NCBI GenBank assembly: GCA_036170655.1
Contig: JAVHPP010000088.1
Coordinates: forward strand, 1-12,636
Length of the DNA: 12,636 bases
Reading direction: 5' to 3'
From: Candidatus Zixiibacteriota bacterium
GTDB lineage: Bacteria > Zixibacteria > MSB-5A5 > WJJR01
Part shown: one piece after another, positions 1-7,920 of the stretch
Layout of the letters: each line of letters opens with the position of its first letter
Numbering within the stretch: position 1 is the first letter of the stretch
Translations under genes and position numbers: made by a program
Notes under the pieces: generated by a model
Seen by the model: only the letters and a program-made list of their open reading frames with translations
What the model was told of the DNA's origin: nothing
Databases searched by the model: none

Positions 1-168
1 GGCACCTCAGGGGCGCTCTGGCAAGAGGGATACTTTGATCGTATTGTTCGTGATGAGACTGAGCTTCGCGAGAAGTTCGCGTACATGGTAAACAACCCAG
101 TCAAAGCGGTGTTGGTAACGGATTCTCAGCAATACGGGTTGTTCATTATTCCGCCCGAAGGGTTGTGA
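1..168 (+). mobile_element. 3' fragment of a REP-associated tyrosine transposase (RAYT / TnpA-REP, IS200/IS605-like Y1 HUH family); 5' part lies outside the window
   Basis: Frame +1 translates as GTSGALWQEGYFDRIVRDETELREKFAYMVNNPVKAVLVTDSQQYGLFIIPPEGL*, with stop TGA at 166-168. This matches the RAYT C-terminal signature WQxx(Y/F)xD(R/H)xxR...YxxxNP, which includes the catalytic Tyr. A GTAG-REP lies 8 nt downstream. Confidence 0.88.
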
Positions 169-176
169 CGAAAGAC

Positions 177-200
177 GCCGGACAAGAGTGTCCGGCCTAC
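177..200 (-). repeat. REP element: GTAG tetranucleotide plus 8-bp perfect palindromic stem
   Basis: The + strand reads GCCGGACA-AGAG-TGTCCGGC-CTAC; the - strand reads GTAG-GCCGGACA-CTCT-TGTCCGGC. This is the canonical GTAG+hairpin REP layout, adjacent to a RAYT gene. Only one copy is seen in the window. Confidence 0.85.
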
Positions 201-248
201 CGAAATGTGCGGAACGGTGAGTGTGTTAGGACGAAGGGAGAAACCACG

Positions 249-1427
249 ATGCAAGTAGAACACAATCGACAGTCTCGGAGCCACGCAATCAGGGTGGGCG
301 TTTGTTGTGTCCTTTCGGGTGCTTCTCTTCTCCTTGCCGCCTGCAGCAGTTCCCCCACCGGGCCGAAGGCGACGGATCACATTGTCGAGGGGGTCAACCT
401 CACGCAGGTGTTCAAGGCGCCGAGCGCGGCGGAGGTCAGCGCGATATTGCACGATTGGGAAACGCGTGATGTGTCAGCAAGAAACATTCGAGTGGAGGGC
501 AATTCAGGCGGGATCGGTGGAAGACCTGTGGGACCAACGGTGACTATCCTGTCGCACACGGTAGGTGGGATTCGGCATTTTGGGGCAGTTCTGGCGCAAG
601 CCAACAGGCCTGCGCGAACTGTTCCGATCCTGGTCTACGCCCACGGGGGAGATGGCGGCGAGAATTTGAGCCTGACCTTGAGCTTTCTGCCCTCCCAACT
701 CGCCGGGCTGCTGCAAGATTTTGTGGTCGTTGTTCCGTCGTTCCGGTCGGAACCCCTGGTGTTCGCCGGGAACACTTATGTGTCTGGGGGACAGCCCAGC
801 CCGTGGGATTACGATGTCGATGACGCGCTGGCGCTGCTGAACGCGGCGATTTCGATCACACCGTCGGCTGACCCGGCGCGCATCGGTGTGCTGGGGTTCA
901 GCCGTGGTGCGGGTGTGGGGATGCTGATGGCGATTCGCGACCCGCGCATCGACGCGGTGGTCGAATTTTTTGGGCCAGCCGATTTCTTTGGCAGCTATAT
1001 TCAAACATTGACCGAGGATGCACTGCGCGGCCATCCTCGTGATCTGCCGGGATTGAACTACCTCAATACCACTTTCATCCAACCACTGAAGGAACGCAAG
1101 ATTACGATCGCCGATTTCCGTCGCGAGATTGTGCGACGCTCGGCGGTTCTGTTTGCGGACCACTTGCCACAGGTGCAAGTGCATCATGGCACAGCCGATT
1201 CGGTTGTCGAATTCAGCCAGGCCGAGAGTCTGCGTGATGCGATGCACTCGCTGGGACGCGGCGAGCCGGAATTCGAATTCTATTCATATAGCGGGGGCAC
1301 GCACGACTTCACCACGCTCCGCGGCAGCCTCGATCGCGCGGTGGCCTTCCTGCAGCGGTTGCGGACGCCCCTTCTGGTTGACAGAACACCCGATGGTATG
1401 CGGCGTAATCGCCTGTTTGCCAAGTGA
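249..1427 (+). CDS. Lipoprotein alpha/beta-hydrolase (S9 prolyl-oligopeptidase-like / esterase), ~392 aa
   Basis: ATG at 249 is preceded by an AAGGGAG RBS. Lipobox LLLAA|C. Oxyanion-region motif YAHGG, nucleophile elbow GFSRG, acid HGTADSVV and His in GGTHDF. The 165 start of the ORF track would translate the REP and overlap the RAYT stop. Confidence 0.85.
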   Translation: MQVEHNRQSRSHAIRVGVCCVLSGASLLLAACSSSPTGPKATDHIVEGVNLTQVFKAPSAAEVSAILHDWETRDVSARNIRVEGNSGGIGGRPVGPTVTILSHTVGGIRHFGAVLAQANRPARTVPILVYAHGGDGGENLSLTLSFLPSQLAGLLQDFVVVVPSFRSEPLVFAGNTYVSGGQPSPWDYDVDDALALLNAAISITPSADPARIGVLGFSRGAGVGMLMAIRDPRIDAVVEFFGPADFFGSYIQTLTEDALRGHPRDLPGLNYLNTTFIQPLKERKITIADFRREIVRRSAVLFADHLPQVQVHHGTADSVVEFSQAESLRDAMHSLGRGEPEFEFYSYSGGTHDFTTLRGSLDRAVAFLQRLRTPLLVDRTPDGMRRNRLFAK

Positions 1428-1501
1428 CTACAGAATATAACTATTTTAATGGTGTATCCGCTAATCGTCTGGGCCAAACACGGCCCTGCAAGGCACGGCA
1501 G

Positions 1502-1525
1502 TGTCCCCAAAAATGTCCCAGAAAA
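1502..1525. repeat. Tandem 12-bp direct repeat TGTCCCCAAAAA / TGTCCCAGAAAA
   Basis: Seen directly (10/12 identical), ending 3 nt before the TTGACA hexamer. Function unknown. Confidence 0.55.
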
Positions 1526-1528
1526 CGC

Positions 1529-1557
1529 TTGACATACGATGTGGAATTGTCCATGAT
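1529..1557 (+). promoter_or_regulatory. Putative sigma70-type promoter for the cohesin-dockerin cluster
   Basis: Perfect TTGACA (1529-1534), 17-nt spacer, then CATGAT (1552-1557; 4/6 match to TATAAT). It lies in an AT-richer intergenic segment. Confidence 0.55.
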
Positions 1558-2068
1558 TGTGTTAGATAAGGCGGCTTCGGTGCCTGTACATGGGCGCGGC
1601 GCAATGAGGAACTGAGAGGAGAATCAATCACTGTCATGAGGTCTCTGGTCTTGGGTGAAATGGTTGACTGGTGATTTCCGATTACGTGAGCACCTGACAT
1701 CTGTACCGATTTTTTTGTTCCTCCTATCTTGAATGCCCTACGTGCTCTGGTAGTACGATACAGTTCTGATGAAACAGTGGGCCGGTCGGTGTGCCGGAAC
1801 CCGCACGGTGTGACTTGCCCTCTAATGTCATTCCGTCGAGGAATCGCCGACGCTGTGTGATCAGTATGCAGCGCCTGCGTCATGACGGGAAAACCATCGG
1901 GAGCACACGGAAAACAAACGGGGCAGGAGAGGGGGGCGCACGGTTGAGAATTGAATTGCGGTAATGCAGCGAATCTCCAGATGCCTTTTCACGCAGTATG
2001 TGGCGCGCAGAATCTGCGTCGCAGGACTTGAACGTAATCCGCCGGAGGGCGGAGAGGAGGAAGTGCTC

Positions 2069-5000
2069 ATGCGAGTTGCAAGATGTGTGTTTGCGGGGGT
2101 GGCGTTTCTCGCCGCGGGGCTATGGCTTGTCGCCGAGCCGGTGTACGGCGGACCGGTTGCCCCACGGGACGGCCAGGCAATCCTGACACAAGGTAAGATG
2201 CCGGGCGCGACGGCCGTGCGGTCGGCCGGTGTCATGACGGCGATGGCTCCCGGTGATCCGGTCAACATCAGCGCCTCGTTGGTTGCTGCATCAAATTACC
2301 TGAAACACATGCAGTCCGACGTAACGGAAGACAACGCCGGCAACGGCTCGGGTGTGACTGAGTCGCCCAATGACCTCGAAGATGGCGGTTGGGATTGGGT
2401 GCTGACGTCCCCGCCGGATCCATTTTTTCACACGGCAGGCGCAAGTCCGCCGAACCTCTATGGGGTGACGGCCTTGGGGTTGTACTACGGGTACTTGCAA
2501 ACGAGTGATCCGTCGTACTTCACGGCGATGACCGACGCGGCCGACGTGATGGTCGCTAATGTCGGCATCAAGTATTCTACAGACATGGTTTTTCTGATGC
2601 TGTATAACGACTTGCCAGGCGTTGTCGGCACGGCGTACAAAGATGCGGCCAAAGCAAAGTTCGATGCCCGCATCGCGACCTATGGCTCGGCGACCTTGTT
2701 CGCCCAGAACATGCGGGACACGCGCGGCGTGACCCAAGGGCACCCCAACGGGATCATCGGCTGGGACCTCGGTGCGTATGTGAAGGCAGCCGCGATGCTG
2801 GAAGTCCGGTATCCCTTGGATCTGTACGATTACGCGACCGCAGCCAGCGACATGGCCGAGGTGCTCTGGCAGGATTCCTTCAACAGCAATCCAGGATTGT
2901 TTGATATCGTTGCCGATGCGGGTTGGGATCCCACTTGGATGAATGCGAACTACTTGTGGTATACTCTGGGAGTTTCGGGCCTCATCGAGGCGTTCACGTC
3001 GTCCGGCACGCACATGGCCGAGGTGCCGGGTCTCGCAGCGAGGCTCCTTGCCAGCCAGTTCTCCAATGGTGCGATTAGCGGCAGCTATGGCGCCCATGCC
3101 ACCGACGAAGACTGGCAGTCGACGGCGTATGCGGCGCCCGCTCTGGCTGCGGTCAATCTCCCGCTCTATCAGGGCAAGATCAACCACATAGCCTACTGGC
3201 TTGGCGCAACTCAGGACGTGAGCGGCGGCTGGAAATACGGCGACAATATACACTACCCCGAAATCGGCGGCGAGTGCGCCAGCGCGCTGGCGCTGGGTCT
3301 GGCGCCATCGTATGTCATCGTCGATGATGGTTTCACGAGCCAGGCCGATGTGGATGTCTACAACACCGCCCATAGCACGGACTATGTCTTCGGCTACGAC
3401 GCGGTCGGCACGATCGCAGGTGGTGTCAATGGCGTGGCTGCCGGGGGAACGGTGCAAGTGTTAGCAGGCACGTACAATGAAGTCGACATCACGATTAATA
3501 AGGCGATGAGTGTTATCGGCGATCCCGGCACCTGCGGGCCCGGGCCTGATGCACCGGTGCTTCAGGGTACTGGCACTGGAATCACCGAGCGCGGCTTTAT
3601 CATCACCGCAGGTACCGATGATGTCTTGATCGACGGGTTTGTCGTTCAGAACTACGGAGGCATCCCGAATCAGGGCGGCGGTTCGTGTGGCGTATGGTCA
3701 TACGGCACCAGCGCTGACCCGGTCACCAATGTGACGGTGCAGAATTGCGCATTCAGCCACATTCGCTGGGCGGGGATCTTCTTCTATAATGAAGGTCACA
3801 GCATCTTTGACAATATCCAGATCCATTGCAATACCGTCAACATGGACAACGGGATGGCGGATAATGCCAATGAGTATGGCATTGAGTGTACCAACTGCAA
3901 GAACTCGGTGATCTCGGACAACACCGTTGACGGCGGATGGACTGGTATCTTGATGACTGCTCAGGCGCTTCGCAGTACGCCAACCTCAGTTACGGTGGAG
4001 CACAACACGATCAGCGGCAACACCGTCACGGGCTCGGTCGGTTGGACGGGCAACGTCGGCATCGTCTCTTACAGGGATCCCATCACCAACTCGGCGCTGA
4101 TCCGGAACATCACCATCTCCGGCAATCAGATCGCGAACAGCGTTGATTCCGGATACGGCGCGTACGGGATCAGGTCCTATCCTTTGAATGGCGGAACTTT
4201 TGCCGACACGATGAAGGTCTTCAACAACAGCTTTACCGGTAATGCCACCAAATCGCTCGGCAATCTGACCGGGATTTTGTGGGATGCCTCCGGTAACTAC
4301 TGGGGATCAAGCGACTCGGCGGCGGTCGTGGCCGCAGTCAGCAGCAATGTGGATTACACTCCCTGGATGCAAAACCCAGGCACGGTCCTGACCCCGGGGT
4401 TCAACGGCGATTTTTCGCTGCTCACTGTCGATGACAATAGCCCGCAATTTGGCGCTGTTGGCATCGTGCAGGAAGCCGTTGAGATGGTGTCGGGCAGCAC
4501 GATACTCTTGATGCCGGGGACCTATGCCGGCCAGGTTCACATGACGGGCTTCACGAATCTCAACCTCATCGGTTCCGGAGTTGGCTCGACGATCATCCAA
4601 CCGCCGGCGGCATCGATGACCAAGTACTTTACCACCAGCGGCAATAACTACCCGATTCTATTTGTTGAAAATTCCGACGCAGTGAATATTTCCAACCTGA
4701 CTGTGGACGGGCTGGGCAAGGGCAACATCAACTACCGTTTCATGGGTGTCGGCTATCATGACGCCGGCGGTGCGGTCAGTAACTGCGAAGTCAAGGATAT
4801 CCGTGAGACTCCCATCAGCGGCACGCAGCATGGCAACGGCATTTACGCTTATGTCGATGCGCTTCCCAATCGGACGCTGGATGTCACGAATTGCTGGGTG
4901 CACGGTTTCCAGAAGGGTGGCATCACCCTGAATGGCGTTGGTTTGACCGCGCATGTGAATGGGTGCAATGTTGAGGGCTACGGCCCAGCCAGCTTCATTG

Positions 5001-7822
5001 CCATGAACGGCATCCAGATCGGCTTCGGCGCCACCGGTTCGATCATCAATAACCAGGTGTCCGGATGCAACTACACGGGTGCAGGCTGGATTTCCGCCGC
5101 GATGCTGCTCTACAATCCGGCAGGAACGATCACGACGAAACACAACACAGTGACGGAAAGCCAGACGGGGATCTACTACATTAATGTTGGCGGTAACATC
5201 GACAGCAACACGGTGACCAACACGACAGCGGGAATGGGAACAACGACCTACTGGTGGTGCATTGTTGCCGATCCGGGAACGGGCACGTCTCACCTACCGA
5301 GTGCGCAGCCATTCGACGCGAATCTGGCTCTGACGCCATTCGGATCGGGACCAGCGACGATGGGTATTGCCACAATCACCACGTCAGCGACTGGGAACAT
5401 TGTCGATGGCGGCGGCAACGGGACAGGACTTGAAGCCGATGCCGTGAGTTCCTACGTGGGCACGGAGACGCTCAACTTCGCGGCGACGGGCAACCAGGTG
5501 ACCGGTTGTACGGCTGCTATGTCCACTTGGGAGGACCCGGGAACAACGGTCAACGTCACGCTCACGTCCAACCACTTTCTCTGGAATACCTATGGCATTG
5601 GCAACACGAGCGCTACAATCAGCGCTACTGGCAACGTCTTTGCCAATACCACCAACGGGGCCGATGATCAGCCGGGCAACTACTACAACGCGAATTGCTG
5701 GAATGACTACAATGGTACCCCGCCCTACCCTGTCGGCGGCGCCGGTGGCAACGTGGATACGAATCCGGTGTCAGATTGTGGTCTTGACATGTCGCCCAAT
5801 GCTATCCTGTACCATTGCAGCGGCAACTTCAACTTTGATGTCAGCATTGGCGATGCGGTACAGGACCTGGAGGGCGCGCATGTCGTGATTGAATACCCGG
5901 CAGGCTTGATCCTATCCAGTGTGATCAAGTCCTCCGCCAATTACACGCTGTTCTACGCGTTGACCGACAACGTCGTCGGGAACGATGTCCTGACGGTTGA
6001 TCTGGGGGTGCTGGCCGGTTCGCAGAATGGACCAGCGCCGCTGTTTACCGTTACGCTGAGCGGTAGTGTCGATCAGTGCGGCGGGTCTCAGATAAGCATG
6101 CCGTCGGCGCTTCTGCGCAACAGCGCCAACAATCCCATCATCGCCCCACTGGCGTCGCCGGTTTCACTCGTTGCCGATTGCGCCGACCCGGTATTTGCCG
6201 TCAACTCACCGGCCTCGGGTGGATTCTACAATGTCTCGCCTGTGCTGGACATCTCGGCGACTGATAACTGCAATCTCGACGCGGTCTACTACCAGATCGA
6301 CGGATGTCTCCCCGGTGGCTGGCTGCCGATTGCGGCCGGACTCGTGGGGACGACCTACGCCAATCCCGCCTGGACAATGCCGGGATTCGCCGGCCTCACC
6401 GAGGCGAATCACTGCATTCGTTTCAAGGTGATGGATGACAACGCACGCGGCAACGCCGACTCGTGCAGCTCCACCTGGTGTTTCACCAAGGACGTGACCC
6501 CGCCACCGCCGCCGACAGATCTGGTTGCGACGCCGGGGCACAACAAGGTTCACCTGAGCTGGACCAACGCAGTGAGTGACTTTAACCACGTCGTGATCAT
6601 GCGATCCGATTGGTATAGTATCGGACATGGTTATCCTGAGTACGACGACGACAATGCCGAAGGACCGTATCCGCCGGATACCTCCAGCGTTGATCGCGTC
6701 TATGCCGGGACGGCATCGACTCTCACGGATACCGACGACCTATCCAACGCCACGCGCGACGTGTATCACTATCGGGCGTTCACAGTCGATGCCGCTGGCA
6801 ATGTCTCGGTGCCGTCCAATAATGCCCGCTCGACGTCGTACTGGCTGGGCGACATCAAGTCCGCGTACGATGGCCAGGTCTACTTCGAGGATTTGACCGT
6901 GTTCTCGTCCGCTTTCGGCACGGCTCACGGCAATCCTGGATACAACAACGAAGTCGACTTTGGACCCACATACAACATGAGTCCGAAGGGCATTCCGACG
7001 ACCGACAATGTCATCGACTTCGAAGATTTGGCGATCTTTGCGATCAACTTCGACGCGGTCAATCCGCTCGCCAAGTTCGCACCGATCTTTGCTGATGCGG
7101 GACGTACGACCGATGTCACCGGACCGTTGTCTCTGTCACTGGTCGTCCCGTCGCAGTTACCGGTGATCGGGGAAACGTTCACTGTCCAAGTCGTTCTGGC
7201 CAACAATGTCGATCAGGTCAAGGGTATCCGTTTTGTTCTCCCGTATGACCAGACACGGCTGGAGCTGGTTGCTGTGACGATGAACCCGCAACTGCGGCAG
7301 TCGCAGTGGCCGGTTTTCTTCGCCAGCAAGGATATGAACCACGCAATCGATGCCAGTTTTGCTCTCTTGGGCGGGAAAGCCGCCATGGGCGGATCGGGCG
7401 AGATTGCGTCCGTCACCTTCAAACTCCTGGAGGCGGAAAACGTGATCCTCAACTTCGATGCGGTCGACATGAGGGACAGCGAGAATCACCGGCTGGATGT
7501 GGTCTATCACGGGGCACAACTGGCGGCTGGTTCAACGCTCCCGAAATCCTTCTATCTGGCGCAGAACTATCCAAATCCGTACAACGCCGCAACCCAGATC
7601 GTCTATCAGGTTTCCGAGGCGGCGCACGTCTCTCTCCAGGTCTATAATGTGACAGGACAACTTGTCAAGACACTGGTTGACAACGTGCAGGAACCGGGCA
7701 CCTACACGGTATCGTGGGATGCACGGGGTGAAAACGGCGCAGAAGCCTCCACCGGTGTCTATTTCTACCGGATGGTGGCCGGGCATTACGTCGCCACCAA
7801 GAAGATGGTGATCATCAAGTAG
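2069..7822 (+). CDS. Large secreted multidomain protein (~1917 aa): QW-repeat alpha-toroid-like domain, two right-handed beta-helix modules, cohesin, Ig-like, FN3, dockerin-like, cohesin, T9SS type A / FlgD-Ig C-terminal domain
   Basis: ATG at 2069 follows a GAGAGGAGG RBS and starts a signal peptide (MRVARCVFAGVAFLAAGLWLVAEPVYG). Approximate domains: QW-like motifs 2270-3300; beta-helices with TI..GV...GGTVQVLAGTY and GIVQEAV...TILLMPGTY caps plus many IxxNxV repeats at 3310-4370 and 4420-5770; cohesin 5785-6180; Ig-like 6180-6490; FN3 (PPPPPTDLVATPGHNKVHLSW...YHYRAFTVDAAGNVS) 6500-6835; dockerin-like 6840-7060; cohesin (GETFTVQV...GIRFVLPYD...GSGEIASVTF) 7120-7510; sorting domain (LAQNYPNPYN...GVYFYRM...TKKMVIIK*) 7540-7822. 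Confidence 0.9.
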   Translation: MRVARCVFAGVAFLAAGLWLVAEPVYGGPVAPRDGQAILTQGKMPGATAVRSAGVMTAMAPGDPVNISASLVAASNYLKHMQSDVTEDNAGNGSGVTESPNDLEDGGWDWVLTSPPDPFFHTAGASPPNLYGVTALGLYYGYLQTSDPSYFTAMTDAADVMVANVGIKYSTDMVFLMLYNDLPGVVGTAYKDAAKAKFDARIATYGSATLFAQNMRDTRGVTQGHPNGIIGWDLGAYVKAAAMLEVRYPLDLYDYATAASDMAEVLWQDSFNSNPGLFDIVADAGWDPTWMNANYLWYTLGVSGLIEAFTSSGTHMAEVPGLAARLLASQFSNGAISGSYGAHATDEDWQSTAYAAPALAAVNLPLYQGKINHIAYWLGATQDVSGGWKYGDNIHYPEIGGECASALALGLAPSYVIVDDGFTSQADVDVYNTAHSTDYVFGYDAVGTIAGGVNGVAAGGTVQVLAGTYNEVDITINKAMSVIGDPGTCGPGPDAPVLQGTGTGITERGFIITAGTDDVLIDGFVVQNYGGIPNQGGGSCGVWSYGTSADPVTNVTVQNCAFSHIRWAGIFFYNEGHSIFDNIQIHCNTVNMDNGMADNANEYGIECTNCKNSVISDNTVDGGWTGILMTAQALRSTPTSVTVEHNTISGNTVTGSVGWTGNVGIVSYRDPITNSALIRNITISGNQIANSVDSGYGAYGIRSYPLNGGTFADTMKVFNNSFTGNATKSLGNLTGILWDASGNYWGSSDSAAVVAAVSSNVDYTPWMQNPGTVLTPGFNGDFSLLTVDDNSPQFGAVGIVQEAVEMVSGSTILLMPGTYAGQVHMTGFTNLNLIGSGVGSTIIQPPAASMTKYFTTSGNNYPILFVENSDAVNISNLTVDGLGKGNINYRFMGVGYHDAGGAVSNCEVKDIRETPISGTQHGNGIYAYVDALPNRTLDVTNCWVHGFQKGGITLNGVGLTAHVNGCNVEGYGPASFIAMNGIQIGFGATGSIINNQVSGCNYTGAGWISAAMLLYNPAGTITTKHNTVTESQTGIYYINVGGNIDSNTVTNTTAGMGTTTYWWCIVADPGTGTSHLPSAQPFDANLALTPFGSGPATMGIATITTSATGNIVDGGGNGTGLEADAVSSYVGTETLNFAATGNQVTGCTAAMSTWEDPGTTVNVTLTSNHFLWNTYGIGNTSATISATGNVFANTTNGADDQPGNYYNANCWNDYNGTPPYPVGGAGGNVDTNPVSDCGLDMSPNAILYHCSGNFNFDVSIGDAVQDLEGAHVVIEYPAGLILSSVIKSSANYTLFYALTDNVVGNDVLTVDLGVLAGSQNGPAPLFTVTLSGSVDQCGGSQISMPSALLRNSANNPIIAPLASPVSLVADCADPVFAVNSPASGGFYNVSPVLDISATDNCNLDAVYYQIDGCLPGGWLPIAAGLVGTTYANPAWTMPGFAGLTEANHCIRFKVMDDNARGNADSCSSTWCFTKDVTPPPPPTDLVATPGHNKVHLSWTNAVSDFNHVVIMRSDWYSIGHGYPEYDDDNAEGPYPPDTSSVDRVYAGTASTLTDTDDLSNATRDVYHYRAFTVDAAGNVSVPSNNARSTSYWLGDIKSAYDGQVYFEDLTVFSSAFGTAHGNPGYNNEVDFGPTYNMSPKGIPTTDNVIDFEDLAIFAINFDAVNPLAKFAPIFADAGRTTDVTGPLSLSLVVPSQLPVIGETFTVQVVLANNVDQVKGIRFVLPYDQTRLELVAVTMNPQLRQSQWPVFFASKDMNHAIDASFALLGGKAAMGGSGEIASVTFKLLEAENVILNFDAVDMRDSENHRLDVVYHGAQLAAGSTLPKSFYLAQNYPNPYNAATQIVYQVSEAAHVSLQVYNVTGQLVKTLVDNVQEPGTYTVSWDARGENGAEASTGVYFYRMVAGHYVATKKMVIIK

Positions 7823-7837
7823 CTCTTGGGCTGATGT

Positions 7838-7874
7838 GGGAGGAGCGTCCCGTGGTATGCGGGGCGCTCCACCC
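7838..7874 (+). terminator. GC-rich intergenic stem-loop without a U-tract (weak terminator or mRNA-stabilising hairpin)
   Basis: GGAGCGTCCCGT-GGTAT-GCGGGGCGCTCC (7842-7870) forms 12 bp including two G-U pairs, extendable by GGG/CCC. It is followed by TTCAAA rather than poly-U. Confidence 0.55.
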
Positions 7875-7920
7875 TTCAAATCATCATTAAGAGGGTTCTT
7901 AGCAGTAAGGAGCAAGGGTT

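Noticed and set aside
165..248. N-terminal extension of the hydrolase ORF (MTKDAGQECPAY...)
   Set aside because: It overlaps the RAYT stop and merely translates the REP palindrome; the RBS and lipoprotein signal fit ATG 249.
1767..1815. CTGATGA as a hammerhead core, or a cobalamin/c-di-GMP riboswitch in the leader
   Set aside because: No stem II followed by GAAA after CTGATGA, and the conserved riboswitch boxes could not be matched by eye.
1424..1883. Short ORFs 1424..1615 (+) and 1461..1883 (-) in the intergenic region
   Set aside because: No recognisable motifs or convincing RBS, and they overlap the promoter candidate.
1964..2068. Longer start for the giant ORF
   Set aside because: A strong RBS and signal peptide begin at ATG 2069 (GTG 2063 is also possible); the extension would bury the signal peptide.
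2270..3300. Squalene-hopene cyclase or thioester (alpha-2-macroglobulin) protein
   Set aside because: It has QW-like motifs only; no DxDD or CGEQ motif, and it is too short for a two-barrel cyclase.
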